The notes under the pieces: generated by a model
What the model was told of the DNA's origin: nothing
The model's input: the letters and a program-made list of their open reading frames with translations, nothing else
Databases searched by the model: none
Assembly (NCBI GenBank): GCA_036488585.1
Contig: DASXHH010000024.1
Span: forward strand, 85 to 64,084
DNA: 64,000 nt
Reading direction: 5' to 3'
Source: Candidatus Saccharimonadia bacterium
GTDB lineage: Bacteria; Patescibacteriota; Saccharimonadia; UBA4664
Translations under genes and position numbers: made by a program
In this document: positions 37,901 through 45,864 of the stretch, piece after piece
How positions within the stretch are numbered: position 1 is the stretch's first letter
Layout: each line of letters opens with the position of its first letter

Positions 37901-38152
37901 ACGTCAGGTACAGTCACCATTACTACTGGGAGCGCCGGGGCGAGCGGTATGACGCCGGGCGATTTGGCGCAACTTACGTTTAATAAGGCATTTGGCGCCG
38001 CGCCGCGGGCGGTAGTATCGGCCAACAATGCGGCTAGTGCGCAGCTGGGTGTGTTCACTACCAGTATTACCCCACAATCGTTCAACTTGTCGGTGGCCGG
38101 TAAGCCCGAGCCGAATACTACTTACGTCTTTACTTATATCGTGCTGCAGTAG
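31928..38152 (+). CDS. Giant (~2,070 aa) Gly/Ser/Thr/Asn-rich surface/adhesin-like protein with a tail-spike chaperone-like C-terminal domain; probable CTG start
   Basis: In-frame extension to CTG 31928 gives a full signal peptide ending AQA; 'QINFQGRL' N-domain; 'GADYAEY...GVVST...GRVPVKV' domain; promoter TTGAGC-17-TAAAAT. Confidence 0.88.
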   Translation: MNTRRFIRIGISSRKLLTALALAATGLVWVGVLVGTAQPAQAAAGINQQINFQGRLLTASGAVVADGTYNMEFQIWQDGNGCVTGCTSANANTSNGGTLKWTEDWIYGTGSPDNRVTVKNGYYSVSLGSITSLSSVDFNQNTLWLSMNVGDTSNQASFATSGGYLIPFKRLASAVYALQAANSSALGNVAAANYVQFGTGTLQADNSTNSSIYFNKTNTGNLLQLQTGGTNAFVLDNLGNLQFGNNSDKTISVATASSANGNSLTVVAGSGNGTSKNGGNLVLEAGAATSGGTGGSIIVKPLTDSTAAFQIKNAAGNTFVSADSTISKLTVTSAGAPAVTGSELITTTAFNNAAWTSAGWTTTSTTAAHNTGNTSPLSTGQFSAVSGTTYQVTFTVTGSPTAGQTITPCIGTTCGQAVAGNTTGQVELITAGSTLTPALQFEPTTSTWNGTISAVSVKAITAASAGLSVTDATSSFPIELRSSGAFGNTFIGTSSGSFDTTGSRNTAEGWGALGSVTTGTENTASGYNTLQDNTTGGQNAAFGRWGLQLNTTGSGNTALGYAAGLNNVTGSNNTFLGAGASEDSSAVGALQNATAIGVNSLVAQSDSLVLGCINGQNSCTATTKVGIGTSAPTATLDVRGDTQITSASTTSFQVQGSSSSAVFTVDTSSNSGQGQIILGKPSTNKGVIVFDDSVSANTASLSVAGNSNGGGAFTLPNLSGAQTICTSNATSCSGTYLTAGNYLQQAPSSSATNTISPTGASTTGLIVQQTSTSGGAPDIFDVYGTSSATKFIQVTGTASNAGAINITSQGAGNAVTIQGAGNVNLVTNSASTGTIVKNSTNSTSGFQVQRSTGDTLLGVDTVNSNVNIQGANLVTPYGGLGIYQNLLKYTEQFDQAGTWAVSGTLTVAANSTSAPNNQTTADTLPATSSGASVAQTSTTAVANTNFTFSVWMRTSSGTQNANLRIDGSGGGTGTSSAATVTANWQRFSVTQNLNPGSGFSGNAKVLIFPGTTAGTGTVIAWGAQLEQASTPSNYAAMGNGVSTASQVFGQVVDGSALFRTSSDNSAAFQIQNSAGTNLFSANTSTGQLVVGSSNSLNGTLVFADSGDSQTITVGTDSSGSLNVAVPGGGGTNLPQLDYAAHFAQTAANTPALPWSNTYNVNGANNPNGNTDTYLLVGIIDHNSCTNTISSVQFNSTSMTLIGSNTKGTGSATCYYLYGLAGATGSHSLTISGAGTAEIYSVNVTSWYNVNQTTPYGSFQTAAGGFSQAPAINYNWPAGRVVVDNMSAYLYITNVSTSSLCQMGPVAPQKVAAVGGATSEVCVNGTGGDIFSTDGASYADSNGRNMQMAWTSAGAIATGFSDPSNSNDTVGQWVTGAVDLIGDTGGTATFGNSNTGGTSDGGNDVKQWECSSYVSTATGTVSSITSQFASIDTAATGADGVNPAKDAEAAVYSNFAGNNNIGGEPGRPLAQSSIVQLVAGANTFNMTSSTQVYAGTQYWLCITSNTNSATSNTLLEDANQNVPYEYFKASPSSWSFGSWPSNMSSTTNIGTFVGEGLEIYATVTRNTPSGTVMNLSNSGQLTLQNASDSTSAFQVQNASGNALINVDTQDNQVNINGALSGSVVRYADYGTGSGTFNIPIVSAGVGYNLSSNFYTSSGGGTYMSQFNITGLPQVEGTIVYIMTTANKQTTATSGNDEVQVEINGTLISSLTALAASGTGTGTTHEDYTLMYSGGVWHIVGYGPDATNGTTGGTNTNGTFDGADYAEYIDYSGDIAPQPGDVLTVGGNFTTVKDSTGAYDSHLMGVVSTAPYTVGGKDDGHAVVLALTGRVPVKVSAENGAISPGDPLTSSSLPGVAMKATKPGNIIGTALEAYDGTETSNEINVQLHVGYDDPTAGQLGDQIQGDMQLSGNLNIGGSATIGGDLTVAGTTTTKTLVVTGDANVKGGLTVGGTTNLADISVNGHIVTGGSTPTISALTAAGLQGASAQVDGNDTSGTVTITTGSAGASGMTPGDLAQLTFNKAFGAAPRAVVSANNAASAQLGVFTTSITPQSFNLSVAGKPEPNTTYVFTYIVLQ

Positions 38153-38186
38153 ATGCTCTGTACGTCATAAATGTATGTCGCAAAAT

Positions 38187-38212
38187 AAAAAGAGCCGTTA
38201 CCGACTCTTTTT
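38187..38212. terminator. Bidirectional terminator between the giant gene and tRNA-Tyr
   Basis: AAAAAGAGCCG-TTAC-CGACTCTTTTT. Confidence 0.7.
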
Positions 38213-38224
38213 GAATAAGGACTA

Positions 38225-38310
38225 TGGTGCCGGGTGAGAGATTCGAACTCCCGAAGACTAATGTCAGCTGATTTACAGTCAGCCCTCGTTGGCCACTTGA
38301 GTAACCCGGC
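38225..38310 (-). tRNA. tRNA-Tyr (GTA)
   Basis: GCCGGGT...GCTGA-CTGTAAA-TCAGC, long variable arm, ...ACCCGGCACCA. Confidence 0.96.
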
Positions 38311-38320
38311 GCGATTTCTC

Positions 38321-38396
38321 TGGAGCCGACGACAGGAATCGAACCCGCAACCTACAGTTTACAAAACTGTTGCTCTGCCAGTTGAGCTACGTCGGC
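38321..38396 (-). tRNA. tRNA-Thr (TGT)
   Basis: GCCGACG...ACAGT-TTTGTAA-ACTGT...GTTCGATTC...CGTCGGCTCCA. Confidence 0.96.
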
Positions 38397-38447
38397 CTAT
38401 CGTCTGGTTCTAGCGTTTTCAACCACGTAATAGTAACAGATTTCGGG

Positions 38448-39089
38448 CTATGAGGCAACGGTATGAGGCGCAGCGGATGGCGCACTTTGGCGCCGGCGAG
38501 TGGCGATGGCTTTGTCTTTAAGGCCGGCTTCTTCGTAGGCCTCGGCCAGGGTTTCGAGGATGCGGGCGGTGGGATCGAGGGCGGCGGCTTTTTCGAGGGC
38601 ATCGACGCTTGCGGGGAGGTTGGACAGCTTGCGGTGAGCACGGCTTAGACCCACGTAGCGCTGGGCAGTAGGCTCAAACATGATGGCCTTTTCGAACGCG
38701 GCGATGGATTTGATGTAATTGTGGTTGTCGAAGAAGGCCAGGCCGAGGTTTTGGAGGGTGGTGCCAGACGGGTGCAGCCGGGCGGCAATCTCGAAGCACT
38801 CGATGGCGTCGGGCATGTTCTTTTGGGTGGAGTAGATGATGCCGAGATGGCTGTAGGCGGTGACGTTTTTGTGGTCGACTTTTAGGACGGCTAGATAGGC
38901 CTTCTCGGCCGCCAGCCACTTCTTCTCGGCGAACAAGCGGTCGGCGTAGGTGGTCATTTGGGCGAGCCGAGCCGAGTTGCGGTGCGGAGCCAGGGTAACG
39001 GCAGCCATGGCGGCGCCCGAGGCTTCAAGTGAGCGAAGCTGCCGGTACAAGACGAACATAGCCAGAGCTATTACCAGAATCCCAAGCAT
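38448..39089 (-). CDS. TM-anchored tetratricopeptide repeat protein
   Basis: Tandem TPR units, e.g. 'AYSHLGIIYSTQKNMPDAIECFEIAARLHP'. Confidence 0.88.
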   Translation of the reverse strand: MLGILVIALAMFVLYRQLRSLEASGAAMAAVTLAPHRNSARLAQMTTYADRLFAEKKWLAAEKAYLAVLKVDHKNVTAYSHLGIIYSTQKNMPDAIECFEIAARLHPSGTTLQNLGLAFFDNHNYIKSIAAFEKAIMFEPTAQRYVGLSRAHRKLSNLPASVDALEKAAALDPTARILETLAEAYEEAGLKDKAIATRRRQSAPSAAPHTVAS

Positions 39090-39090
39090 T

Positions 39091-39978
39091 TTATAGTTCC
39101 AACATTAGTTTTTCTAAGGCCACGCGGGGCGCCACCTTGGCCTGGAGCTGCAGCCGGAACTGCTCCAAAGCTTGGAGCTGGTCGGCAATGGCTGGCAACG
39201 ACTGGCCCTGGTGGAGCTGGGCCACCAACGAGGCGTGGACGAGACGGCCGAAGCGAGATATGTCGGCTTTGTCATCGATGAGGCGTTTGGCTAGGATGAG
39301 GCGCTTAAAGAGACTAAGGCTGGGTGTATCCGTGGCCCAAGCGGCGAGCTGAAGCTCAGAGCTAGCAACATCGGGCTGCGTGGCCAGGTTGATGGCCGCG
39401 CCGGGAGCGCCACCCGAAGCTGCGGCCAAGTCTTTGGCCTGGGGACCGGGTACACCATGGTGCTGAACGAGCCAGGACTCGATGTCGGCGGCAGGCACCG
39501 GGGCAAAGTAGACAGCGGCGCAACGAGACCGGATCGTAACCAGCAGCGACTCAGGGTTTTCGGTGACGAGGATAAACATGGTACGGGCGGGCGGCTCCTC
39601 GATGAGCTTGAGCAGGGCATTTTGTGCTTCTCGCGTGAGGGCAGTGGCATCATCGGCAATAATTACGCGCATGCCGGATTCTACATAGGTACTCATTGAG
39701 AGCGAATGAATTACGCCGCGAACTTGTTCGATAGTGATACTCGGTTTATCCTCAGGGGCGAGCATTATGAGATCCGGGTAGGCACCGGCCTGAAACCGAC
39801 GACAGGCAGCACAGAGCCCAGTGTCGTCGCCTTGACAGTTGAGCCGGCGGGCAAGCTCCAGGGCCGCGGTGGCTTTGCCGATGTTGCGTGGGCCGTGAAA
39901 GATGAAGCTGCGCGAGGCCGGCTCGATGGCGTCGAGTCGGGCGCGGGTCTGAGGATGCAAAAGGGGTGGCATAGGCAT
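39091..39978 (-). CDS. holB: DNA polymerase III subunit delta'
   Basis: 'FHGPRNIGK', Zn Cys cluster, 'AQNALLKLIEEPP', 'TIRSRC'. Confidence 0.9.
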   Translation of the reverse strand: MPMPPLLHPQTRARLDAIEPASRSFIFHGPRNIGKATAALELARRLNCQGDDTGLCAACRRFQAGAYPDLIMLAPEDKPSITIEQVRGVIHSLSMSTYVESGMRVIIADDATALTREAQNALLKLIEEPPARTMFILVTENPESLLVTIRSRCAAVYFAPVPAADIESWLVQHHGVPGPQAKDLAAASGGAPGAAINLATQPDVASSELQLAAWATDTPSLSLFKRLILAKRLIDDKADISRFGRLVHASLVAQLHQGQSLPAIADQLQALEQFRLQLQAKVAPRVALEKLMLEL

Positions 39979-39979
39979 A

Positions 39980-40873
39980 TTATACCTGTTTCTCGAGTTC
40001 GCGTCTGATATTCACCAGATCGGGAGGCAATGGGCTTTCGAGCTGGAGGTGCTGGCCGGAGGGGGCGGTAAACTCTAGGGCTGAGGCATGCAAAAACTGT
40101 CGGTTTAACCCGAGGGGCCGCCGGGGCGGGCCATAGAGTGTATCGCCAGCTACCGGATGTCCAATGCTAGCCAGATGCACACGGATCTGATGGGTGCGGC
40201 CGGTTTCGGGGTTAGCCTCAAGCAGTGCGTAGCCCGGATAGGTCTGAAGGGTGCGATAACGCGTGACGGCTTCGCGGCCGCCGGGGATTACCGATCGGCG
40301 CAAGGGCCGGGCGGGGTCGCGATCGAGAGGCAGGCGGATGACGGCCTCGGCTGGGGACGGGCGGCCTACCACCAACGTGGTATAGGTTTTATGAACGGCC
40401 CGGCTGGCAAACTGTTGCTGAAGGTAGGCCTTGGATTCCGAGGTTTTAGCCAAGATGACAAGGCCGGAGGTATCAAGGTCGAGGCGGTGCACGATGCCGG
40501 GCCGCTCAGGATCGGGATCGGTGGTGTGGTGACGCGCGAAATCCGCCACTGTTGGCTCCCCTTCTAGACCTGATCCTGGATGCATGGCAAGTCCGGCAGG
40601 TTTGTTAACGACGAGCAGATCGTCGTCTTCATAAATTATATTGAGTTGCGGGGCTGGGGCTGGAGTGACGGTGGGTGTTTCCTCATTCACTTCCAGCCGG
40701 TCGCCGGGCTGTACTTGGTAGCTGGGGCGCTCTGGCTCGCCATTTACGGTTACCGCCGCGGCCTGCAGGAGTTTTTGAACCCGATTGCGCGGTAGACTGA
40801 GCGCGGCCGCCAAGTACACATCGAGCCGCTCACTGGCGGCTCCCTCCGGCACAGTTAGGTGGCGCCTTGTCAC
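39980..40873 (-). CDS. RluA/RluD family 23S rRNA pseudouridine synthase
   Basis: S4 domain, 'VHRLDLDTSG', 'TGRTHQIRVH'. Confidence 0.95.
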   Translation of the reverse strand: MTRRHLTVPEGAASERLDVYLAAALSLPRNRVQKLLQAAAVTVNGEPERPSYQVQPGDRLEVNEETPTVTPAPAPQLNIIYEDDDLLVVNKPAGLAMHPGSGLEGEPTVADFARHHTTDPDPERPGIVHRLDLDTSGLVILAKTSESKAYLQQQFASRAVHKTYTTLVVGRPSPAEAVIRLPLDRDPARPLRRSVIPGGREAVTRYRTLQTYPGYALLEANPETGRTHQIRVHLASIGHPVAGDTLYGPPRRPLGLNRQFLHASALEFTAPSGQHLQLESPLPPDLVNIRRELEKQV

Positions 40874-41862
40874 CTAATGAGCTCCGAGGCCCCGGTAAGG
40901 TCACGTTTGGAGCCCAATATAATGAGTCGGTCGCCGGGATAAATAATTTCTTTGCCGGTGGGACGGACGCGGCTAGTGCCATCGGCGCCGTTAATGGCAA
41001 TCACGGTGGCACCGATTTCACCCTCGGCCAGCGCTTTGCCGAGACGCCGGCCGGCCAGGCGCGAGTGCTCCCCCACCACCATCTCCTCTACCTCCAGCTC
41101 CGTAACGCCGTTTTTTGACATAATGTCCATGTAGTCGACCACGTTGGGACGCAAAGCCATAGAGGCCATATGGTAGCCGCCAATCTGGTACGGCATGGCG
41201 ACACGGTTGGCACCGGCGCGTTTGAGCTTGAGCTCGTTTTCGGGGCGATTGGCTCGGGCCACAATATACAGATTGGGGTTGAGTGAGCGGGCGGCCAGAA
41301 CCACAAACAGGTTGAGCGAATCTTCGCCGAGGCACGCCACCAGTCCGGCAGCGCGATCGATGCCTACTTCGGTGAGCGATTCCTCGACCGTGGAGTCGTA
41401 AGGCAATGCCAGATAGCCCTTCGCCAGGGCATCATCAACTTTGGCCGTGTCCTTGTCGAGGCCAACGAAAGGCACGCCCTCGTGGAACATTTCACCGGCC
41501 ACCTGGGCGCCGACACGGCCGAGGCCACACACAATGTAGTGGTCTTTGAGTTTTTCAACTTTTGTCTTCACGCGTAATTTTCGTACATTATTGGTTAAGC
41601 CCATCATATATTCGGCTAACCACTTAAGCAAATAAGCGATTAGTCCCAGGCTGGAGATGGTCAGTAAGATAACCAGAGTGCGAGCAACGGGATCGGTAAA
41701 TGTTACGTTGCTATAACGGTCGAGCAGAATGATGAGAGTTTCATAGAGGGCATCACCGAGAGCCATGTGTCCGTACACAGTAAAGCCGGCCGTACCAACC
41801 AGCACTACAGCGATGGCGGCCAAGGCAAAGCGCCTGACTGTTCTAGCGTTATGCTCCTCCAC
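40870..41862 (-). CDS. 2TM channel-like protein with RCK (TrkA-N/TrkA-C) domains; canonical K+ filter absent
   Basis: TM1-pore helix-TM2 followed by 'HYIVCGLGRVG' RCK and TrkA-C. Confidence 0.88.
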   Translation of the reverse strand: MEEHNARTVRRFALAAIAVVLVGTAGFTVYGHMALGDALYETLIILLDRYSNVTFTDPVARTLVILLTISSLGLIAYLLKWLAEYMMGLTNNVRKLRVKTKVEKLKDHYIVCGLGRVGAQVAGEMFHEGVPFVGLDKDTAKVDDALAKGYLALPYDSTVEESLTEVGIDRAAGLVACLGEDSLNLFVVLAARSLNPNLYIVARANRPENELKLKRAGANRVAMPYQIGGYHMASMALRPNVVDYMDIMSKNGVTELEVEEMVVGEHSRLAGRRLGKALAEGEIGATVIAINGADGTSRVRPTGKEIIYPGDRLIILGSKRDLTGASELIR

Positions 41863-41956
41863 TAGAAAGTATTATAACGCTAAAGCTCCAGCGTTGTCTG
41901 CTGGAGCGGGTACTATGACAACTGAGCACGACGTACGTCAAAATTTTATATCTGTG

Positions 41957-41989
41957 AAACAAAGAAACACCCTGATGTGGGGTGTTTCT
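41957..41989 (-). terminator. Terminator of the rplM-rpsI / alpha operon
   Basis: AGAAACACCC...GGGTGTTTCT stem with minus-strand U-tract. Confidence 0.75.
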
Positions 41990-42008
41990 GAGTGATCGAG
42001 AAAGATCG

Positions 42009-42407
42009 TTAGCGCTTGGAGAACTGCGGAGCCTTGCGGGCGCGCTTGAGGCCAGGCTTCTTGCGCTCTTTCTCACGCGGGTCGCGGGTAAGCAGACCAG
42101 CTTTCTTGAGAGTGGGGCGCAGATCGTCGGCCATCACAATGAGTGCGCGAGCGATCGCGAGGCGGGCAGCGTCGGCCTGACCGCGCTTGCCGCCACCCTT
42201 GAGGTGTAGGCTGATGCGAAATTTCTGCTCCTGACCGGCCAGTTTGAGCGGCCGCTCCACAGTAGTGATGAGCGCGGAGTTGTTGAAGTAATCGGCTGCA
42301 GTCTGGTCGCCGACCACGATCTCACCCTTGCCAGGGTACAAACGGGCGGTGGCGATGGCCTCCTTGCGGCGGCCGCGAGCGTAGTGGTAGTGGTTAGTTT
42401 CGGCCAT
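42009..42407 (-). CDS. rpsI: 30S ribosomal protein uS9
   Basis: 'GRRKEAIA', 'KERKKPGLKRARKAPQFSKR'. Confidence 0.98.
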   Translation of the reverse strand: MAETNHYHYARGRRKEAIATARLYPGKGEIVVGDQTAADYFNNSALITTVERPLKLAGQEQKFRISLHLKGGGKRGQADAARLAIARALIVMADDLRPTLKKAGLLTRDPREKERKKPGLKRARKAPQFSKR

Positions 42408-42847
42408 TATTTAGTCTCTCCTAGTGCTTTGGGATTCTGGCCCGCGTGCGGGTGCTCGGTGCCGGCGTAAACTTTGAGGCGGCGCATACGGTCCTCTTGA
42501 AGGCGATTTTTCGGCAGCATGCCAGCTACGGCGTGCTCGATGGCCTGGGCGGGGTTGCGCTGTAGCAGGGCTGCGAGGCTAGTTTCCTTGATGCCGCCGG
42601 GGTAGCCGGAGTGGCGGTAGTACTTCTTGTCCTCGAGCTTGTTGCCGGTAACCTGAACATTGGCAGCGTTGATGATCACAACGTTGTCGCCGCAGTCGAG
42701 GTGGGCGCTGTACCGCACCTTGTGCTTGCCTAAAACGTAGGTCGCGGTCAGGGTGGCGAGGCGGCCAAGGGTGTAGTGGCTGGCGTCGATGACGTACCAA
42801 TCATGGGTTAGTTCTTGGGGTTTGGGGGAATAGGTTTTGGTGATCAT
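42407..42847 (-). CDS. rplM: 50S ribosomal protein uL13
   Basis: 'WYVIDA...LGRLA', 'YYRHSGYPGG'. Confidence 0.98.
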   Translation of the reverse strand: MITKTYSPKPQELTHDWYVIDASHYTLGRLATLTATYVLGKHKVRYSAHLDCGDNVVIINAANVQVTGNKLEDKKYYRHSGYPGGIKETSLAALLQRNPAQAIEHAVAGMLPKNRLQEDRMRRLKVYAGTEHPHAGQNPKALGETK

Positions 42848-43332
42848 TTTGCTGCCTCTACAGTTTCACGCTCAGGAGCCTGAGCTTTGGGAGCCTCAGT
42901 TTTGGTGGCAACCTCGGCTTTGGGAGCCTTAGCCTTGGTAGCTTTGGCGGGTTTGGCCTCTAGCTTGGTGACCTCGTTGAGCACGAGCTCGACACGGGCC
43001 ATGGAGGCGTTGTCGCCGCGGCGATTCTCGAGCTTGATGATGCGCGTGTAACCGCCCTGGCGGCCTTCAAAAGCAGGCTTTAGTTCCTGCAGCATCTTCT
43101 GGACCGCATTCTCAGTGAGGAGCTCACGGCGTAGAGAACGGCCGCCGGCCAGGGTGCCCTTCTTAGCGTAAGTTACTAGACGTTCGAACTTGGGTGCCAC
43201 TTCTTTGGCTTTAGCCTCGGTTGTGGAGATGGCTTCGTGCAGCACGAGCGAGGTCAGCTGGCCGCGGATCAAAGCGCGGCGCGGACCGGCGGCGAGCTGG
43301 AGCTTGCGTCCTTGATATCCGTGGCGATGCAT
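42844..43332 (-). CDS. rplQ: 50S ribosomal protein bL17 with Lys/Ala-rich tail
   Basis: 'TTEAKAKE', 'GGYTRIIK...RRGDNA'. Confidence 0.97.
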   Translation of the reverse strand: MHRHGYQGRKLQLAAGPRRALIRGQLTSLVLHEAISTTEAKAKEVAPKFERLVTYAKKGTLAGGRSLRRELLTENAVQKMLQELKPAFEGRQGGYTRIIKLENRRGDNASMARVELVLNEVTKLEAKPAKATKAKAPKAEVATKTEAPKAQAPERETVEAAK

Positions 43333-43333
43333 A

Positions 43334-44266
43334 TTAGCCTACCTTCTCCGCCGTAAAGCCGAGCTCGGTGATCTTTTCCTTGACCTCATCGTAGGCCTTG
43401 GAACCGAAGCCCTTGAGCTCACGCAGTTCGGAATCTGAGAGCTTGAGCAGGTCTTTTACGGTCTTAATGTCATTATTAATAAGCGCGTTGGTAGTGCGCG
43501 GGCTGAGGTTGATCTCCTCGATATTAATCTTGGCCGCACCGGAGTCGGCGCGGTCGTCGCGGGCGGACGACTCGCTGGCGGTGCTGTGGCCGGCTACAAC
43601 CTGGAAGTGCTCCACGAGAACCTCAGACGCCTGGCGGATAGCCTCGGCCGGCGAGATAGTGCCGTCGGTCTCGATCTCGATCACCAGCTTGTCGAGATCG
43701 GTCATCTGGCCAACGCGGGTGTTCTCGACGTTGTAGCGTACACGCTGCACTGGCGAGTACAGGGCGTCGACGGCGATCATGCCGACTTCCAGCTTCTCGG
43801 CCTCGCGGCTCTCTACGGGCACGTAGCCACGGCCCTTCTCGACCTTGATCTCCATACCGAGCTTGACCTTGGCGTCGTCGAGGGTGGCGATAACCTGGTC
43901 TGGGTTAACAATCTCGACATCTGAGGTGGTCTTGATGCTCGAAGCCTTAACTGGGCCTTTGCCGCTGGCGGTGAGCACCAGGAATTGCGGCTCATCGGAG
44001 AATACACGGAAGCGCAGCCTCTTGAGGTTCAAAATGACCTCAACTACATCTTCCTTAACGCCCTCGATGGTCGAGAACTCGTGGGCTACTGAGTCGATCT
44101 TAACGGCCGTGACGGCAGCGCCGCCAAGGCTCGAAAGGATGACCCGGCGGAGCGAGTTGCCGAGCGTCATGCCGTAGCCGGAGTGTAGCGGCTCGATGAC
44201 GAACGTGGCTTTGTTGCCCTCTTCTTGTACCGTTTTTAGCTCGGGGAGCTGAATCGGATGTAACAC
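43334..44266 (-). CDS. rpoA: RNA polymerase alpha subunit
   Basis: 'GYGMTLGNSLRRVILSS', 'VENTRVGQMTDLDKL'. Confidence 0.98.
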   Translation of the reverse strand: MLHPIQLPELKTVQEEGNKATFVIEPLHSGYGMTLGNSLRRVILSSLGGAAVTAVKIDSVAHEFSTIEGVKEDVVEVILNLKRLRFRVFSDEPQFLVLTASGKGPVKASSIKTTSDVEIVNPDQVIATLDDAKVKLGMEIKVEKGRGYVPVESREAEKLEVGMIAVDALYSPVQRVRYNVENTRVGQMTDLDKLVIEIETDGTISPAEAIRQASEVLVEHFQVVAGHSTASESSARDDRADSGAAKINIEEINLSPRTTNALINNDIKTVKDLLKLSDSELRELKGFGSKAYDEVKEKITELGFTAEKVG

Positions 44267-44282
44267 TTTAGTCGTCCTTTCC

Positions 44283-44900
44283 TTACCTTGAGTAAAACTC
44301 GATGATTAAGTTTTCGTGGATCTCTTCTTGCACGTCTTCGCGGGCCGGTAGGCCAGTAACCTTGGCGGTCATTTTCTTCGCGTCAAAGGACAACCAGCGC
44401 GTCTCGGTGGCATTACCGGCCAGATCAGTAGCAATTTGCTTGAAGTAGACGTTGCCGGCGCTCTTGGGACGGATAGAAAACTCGTCACCGGGCTTGAGTG
44501 TGATAGAGGGGATGTCCACGCGGCGACCATTTAGCATGAAGTGGCCATGTGTAACCAGCTGACGAGCCGACTGACGGCTAGGAGCCAGTCCCAGGCGGTA
44601 AACGGCGTTGTCGAAGCGCTGCTCGAGCAGGGTGATCATGACATCGCCGGTGTTACCGGTGCGACGGTCGGCCTCGCGGACCAACTTGGAAAACTGCTTC
44701 TCGAGCAGACCGTACATGCGCTTCACCTTCTGCTTCTCGCGCAACTGTACAGAATATTGACTGGGCTTGTGACGGCCACCAGTGGGGCCATGCTGGCCGG
44801 GCTTGTAGGGATGCTTGGTGATGCCCTTGATGGCCTTGGGGTGTAGAGCGGTGCCTTCGCGACGGCTCTGCTTAACAATGGGGGTAAGATTGCGTGCCAT
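44283..44900 (-). CDS. rpsD: 30S ribosomal protein uS4
   Basis: 'QLREKQKVKRMYG', 'ARQLVTHGH'. Confidence 0.98.
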   Translation of the reverse strand: MARNLTPIVKQSRREGTALHPKAIKGITKHPYKPGQHGPTGGRHKPSQYSVQLREKQKVKRMYGLLEKQFSKLVREADRRTGNTGDVMITLLEQRFDNAVYRLGLAPSRQSARQLVTHGHFMLNGRRVDIPSITLKPGDEFSIRPKSAGNVYFKQIATDLAGNATETRWLSFDAKKMTAKVTGLPAREDVQEEIHENLIIEFYSR

Positions 44901-44909
44901 AATTTGCTC

Positions 44910-45320
44910 CTAGACCCTCCGTGCCTTACGCGGGCGGCAGCCGCCATGCGGGATACCTGTAACGTCTTTAATACTGGCGACCGCAATGCCCAGGGCGCCC
45001 AAGGCGCGGATTGCGGACTCGCGGCCGGAACCGACGCCGTTCACGAGGACGTCTACACGGCTCAGGCCGTAATCCTTGGCGGCAGTGGCGGCGCGCTCGG
45101 TGGCAGTCTGGGCGGCGTATGGGGTACTCTTGCGGGAGCCCTTGAAGCCGGCCGAACCAGCGCTAGCCCAACTCAGGGCGTTGCCGCGCTCGTCGGTGAA
45201 GGTCACGATGGTGTTGTTGAACGTGGCCTGGACGTGCATCTGGCCGGTTGCCACGGTGCGCTTAACCTTGCGGCGGCGGGCAGCCGAGGTGGTAGTTTTG
45301 GATTTGGTGGGGGTTGCCAT
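44910..45320 (-). CDS. rpsK: 30S ribosomal protein uS11
   Basis: 'TFNNTIVT', '[11 protein letters not shown]'. Confidence 0.98.
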   Translation of the reverse strand: MATPTKSKTTTSAARRRKVKRTVATGQMHVQATFNNTIVTFTDERGNALSWASAGSAGFKGSRKSTPYAAQTATERAATAAKDYGLSRVDVLVNGVGSGRESAIRALGALGIAVASIKDVTGIPHGGCRPRKARRV

Positions 45321-45336
45321 CTATGCTGCTCCTATC

Positions 45337-45723
45337 CTAAGTCTTTGCTGTGGATTTCTTACGGCCGGAACCCATGGTGACCTTCTTGCCGCGCTTGGTG
45401 CGGGCGTTGGTCTTGGTGCGCTGGCCGTGTACCGGCAGGTTGGCCTTGTGGCGCAAGCCGCGATACGAGTTGATCTCTTTGAGGCGCTTGATGTTTAGGC
45501 TGACCTCGCGCTGAAGATCGCCCTCCACACGGAGGTTCTTGTCGATGTGTTCACGCAGTTTGCTCACCTCGGGTTCGGTCAGGTCCTTCACCCGGGTGTC
45601 GGGGTTAATATTGGTAGCCGCCAGAATGTTGCGGCTTGCGGTGATACCAATGCCGTAGATGTAGGTGAGGGCCACCTCTACGCGCTTGGCATCGGGAACG
45701 TTAACTCCAGCAATACGTGCCAT
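45337..45723 (-). CDS. rpsM: 30S ribosomal protein uS13
   Basis: 'MARIAGVN', '[13 protein letters not shown]'. Confidence 0.98.
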   Translation of the reverse strand: MARIAGVNVPDAKRVEVALTYIYGIGITASRNILAATNINPDTRVKDLTEPEVSKLREHIDKNLRVEGDLQREVSLNIKRLKEINSYRGLRHKANLPVHGQRTKTNARTKRGKKVTMGSGRKKSTAKT

Positions 45724-45839
45724 TAACCCTGCCTCTGCTTATGACGAGGCTTCACAGAGCAAATCACACGCACTACACCTTCGCGGCGCACGACTTTGCA
45801 CTGGTCGCAAATTTTCTTAACGCTGGCGCGTACCTTCAC
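45723..45839 (-). CDS. rpmJ: 50S ribosomal protein bL36 (Zn form), absent from ORF track
   Basis: Hand translation: [38 protein letters not shown]. Confidence 0.96.
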   Translation of the reverse strand: MKVRASVKKICDQCKVVRREGVVRVICSVKPRHKQRQG

Positions 45840-45864
45840 TGGATGTTCCTCGCGGTTAAATTAA

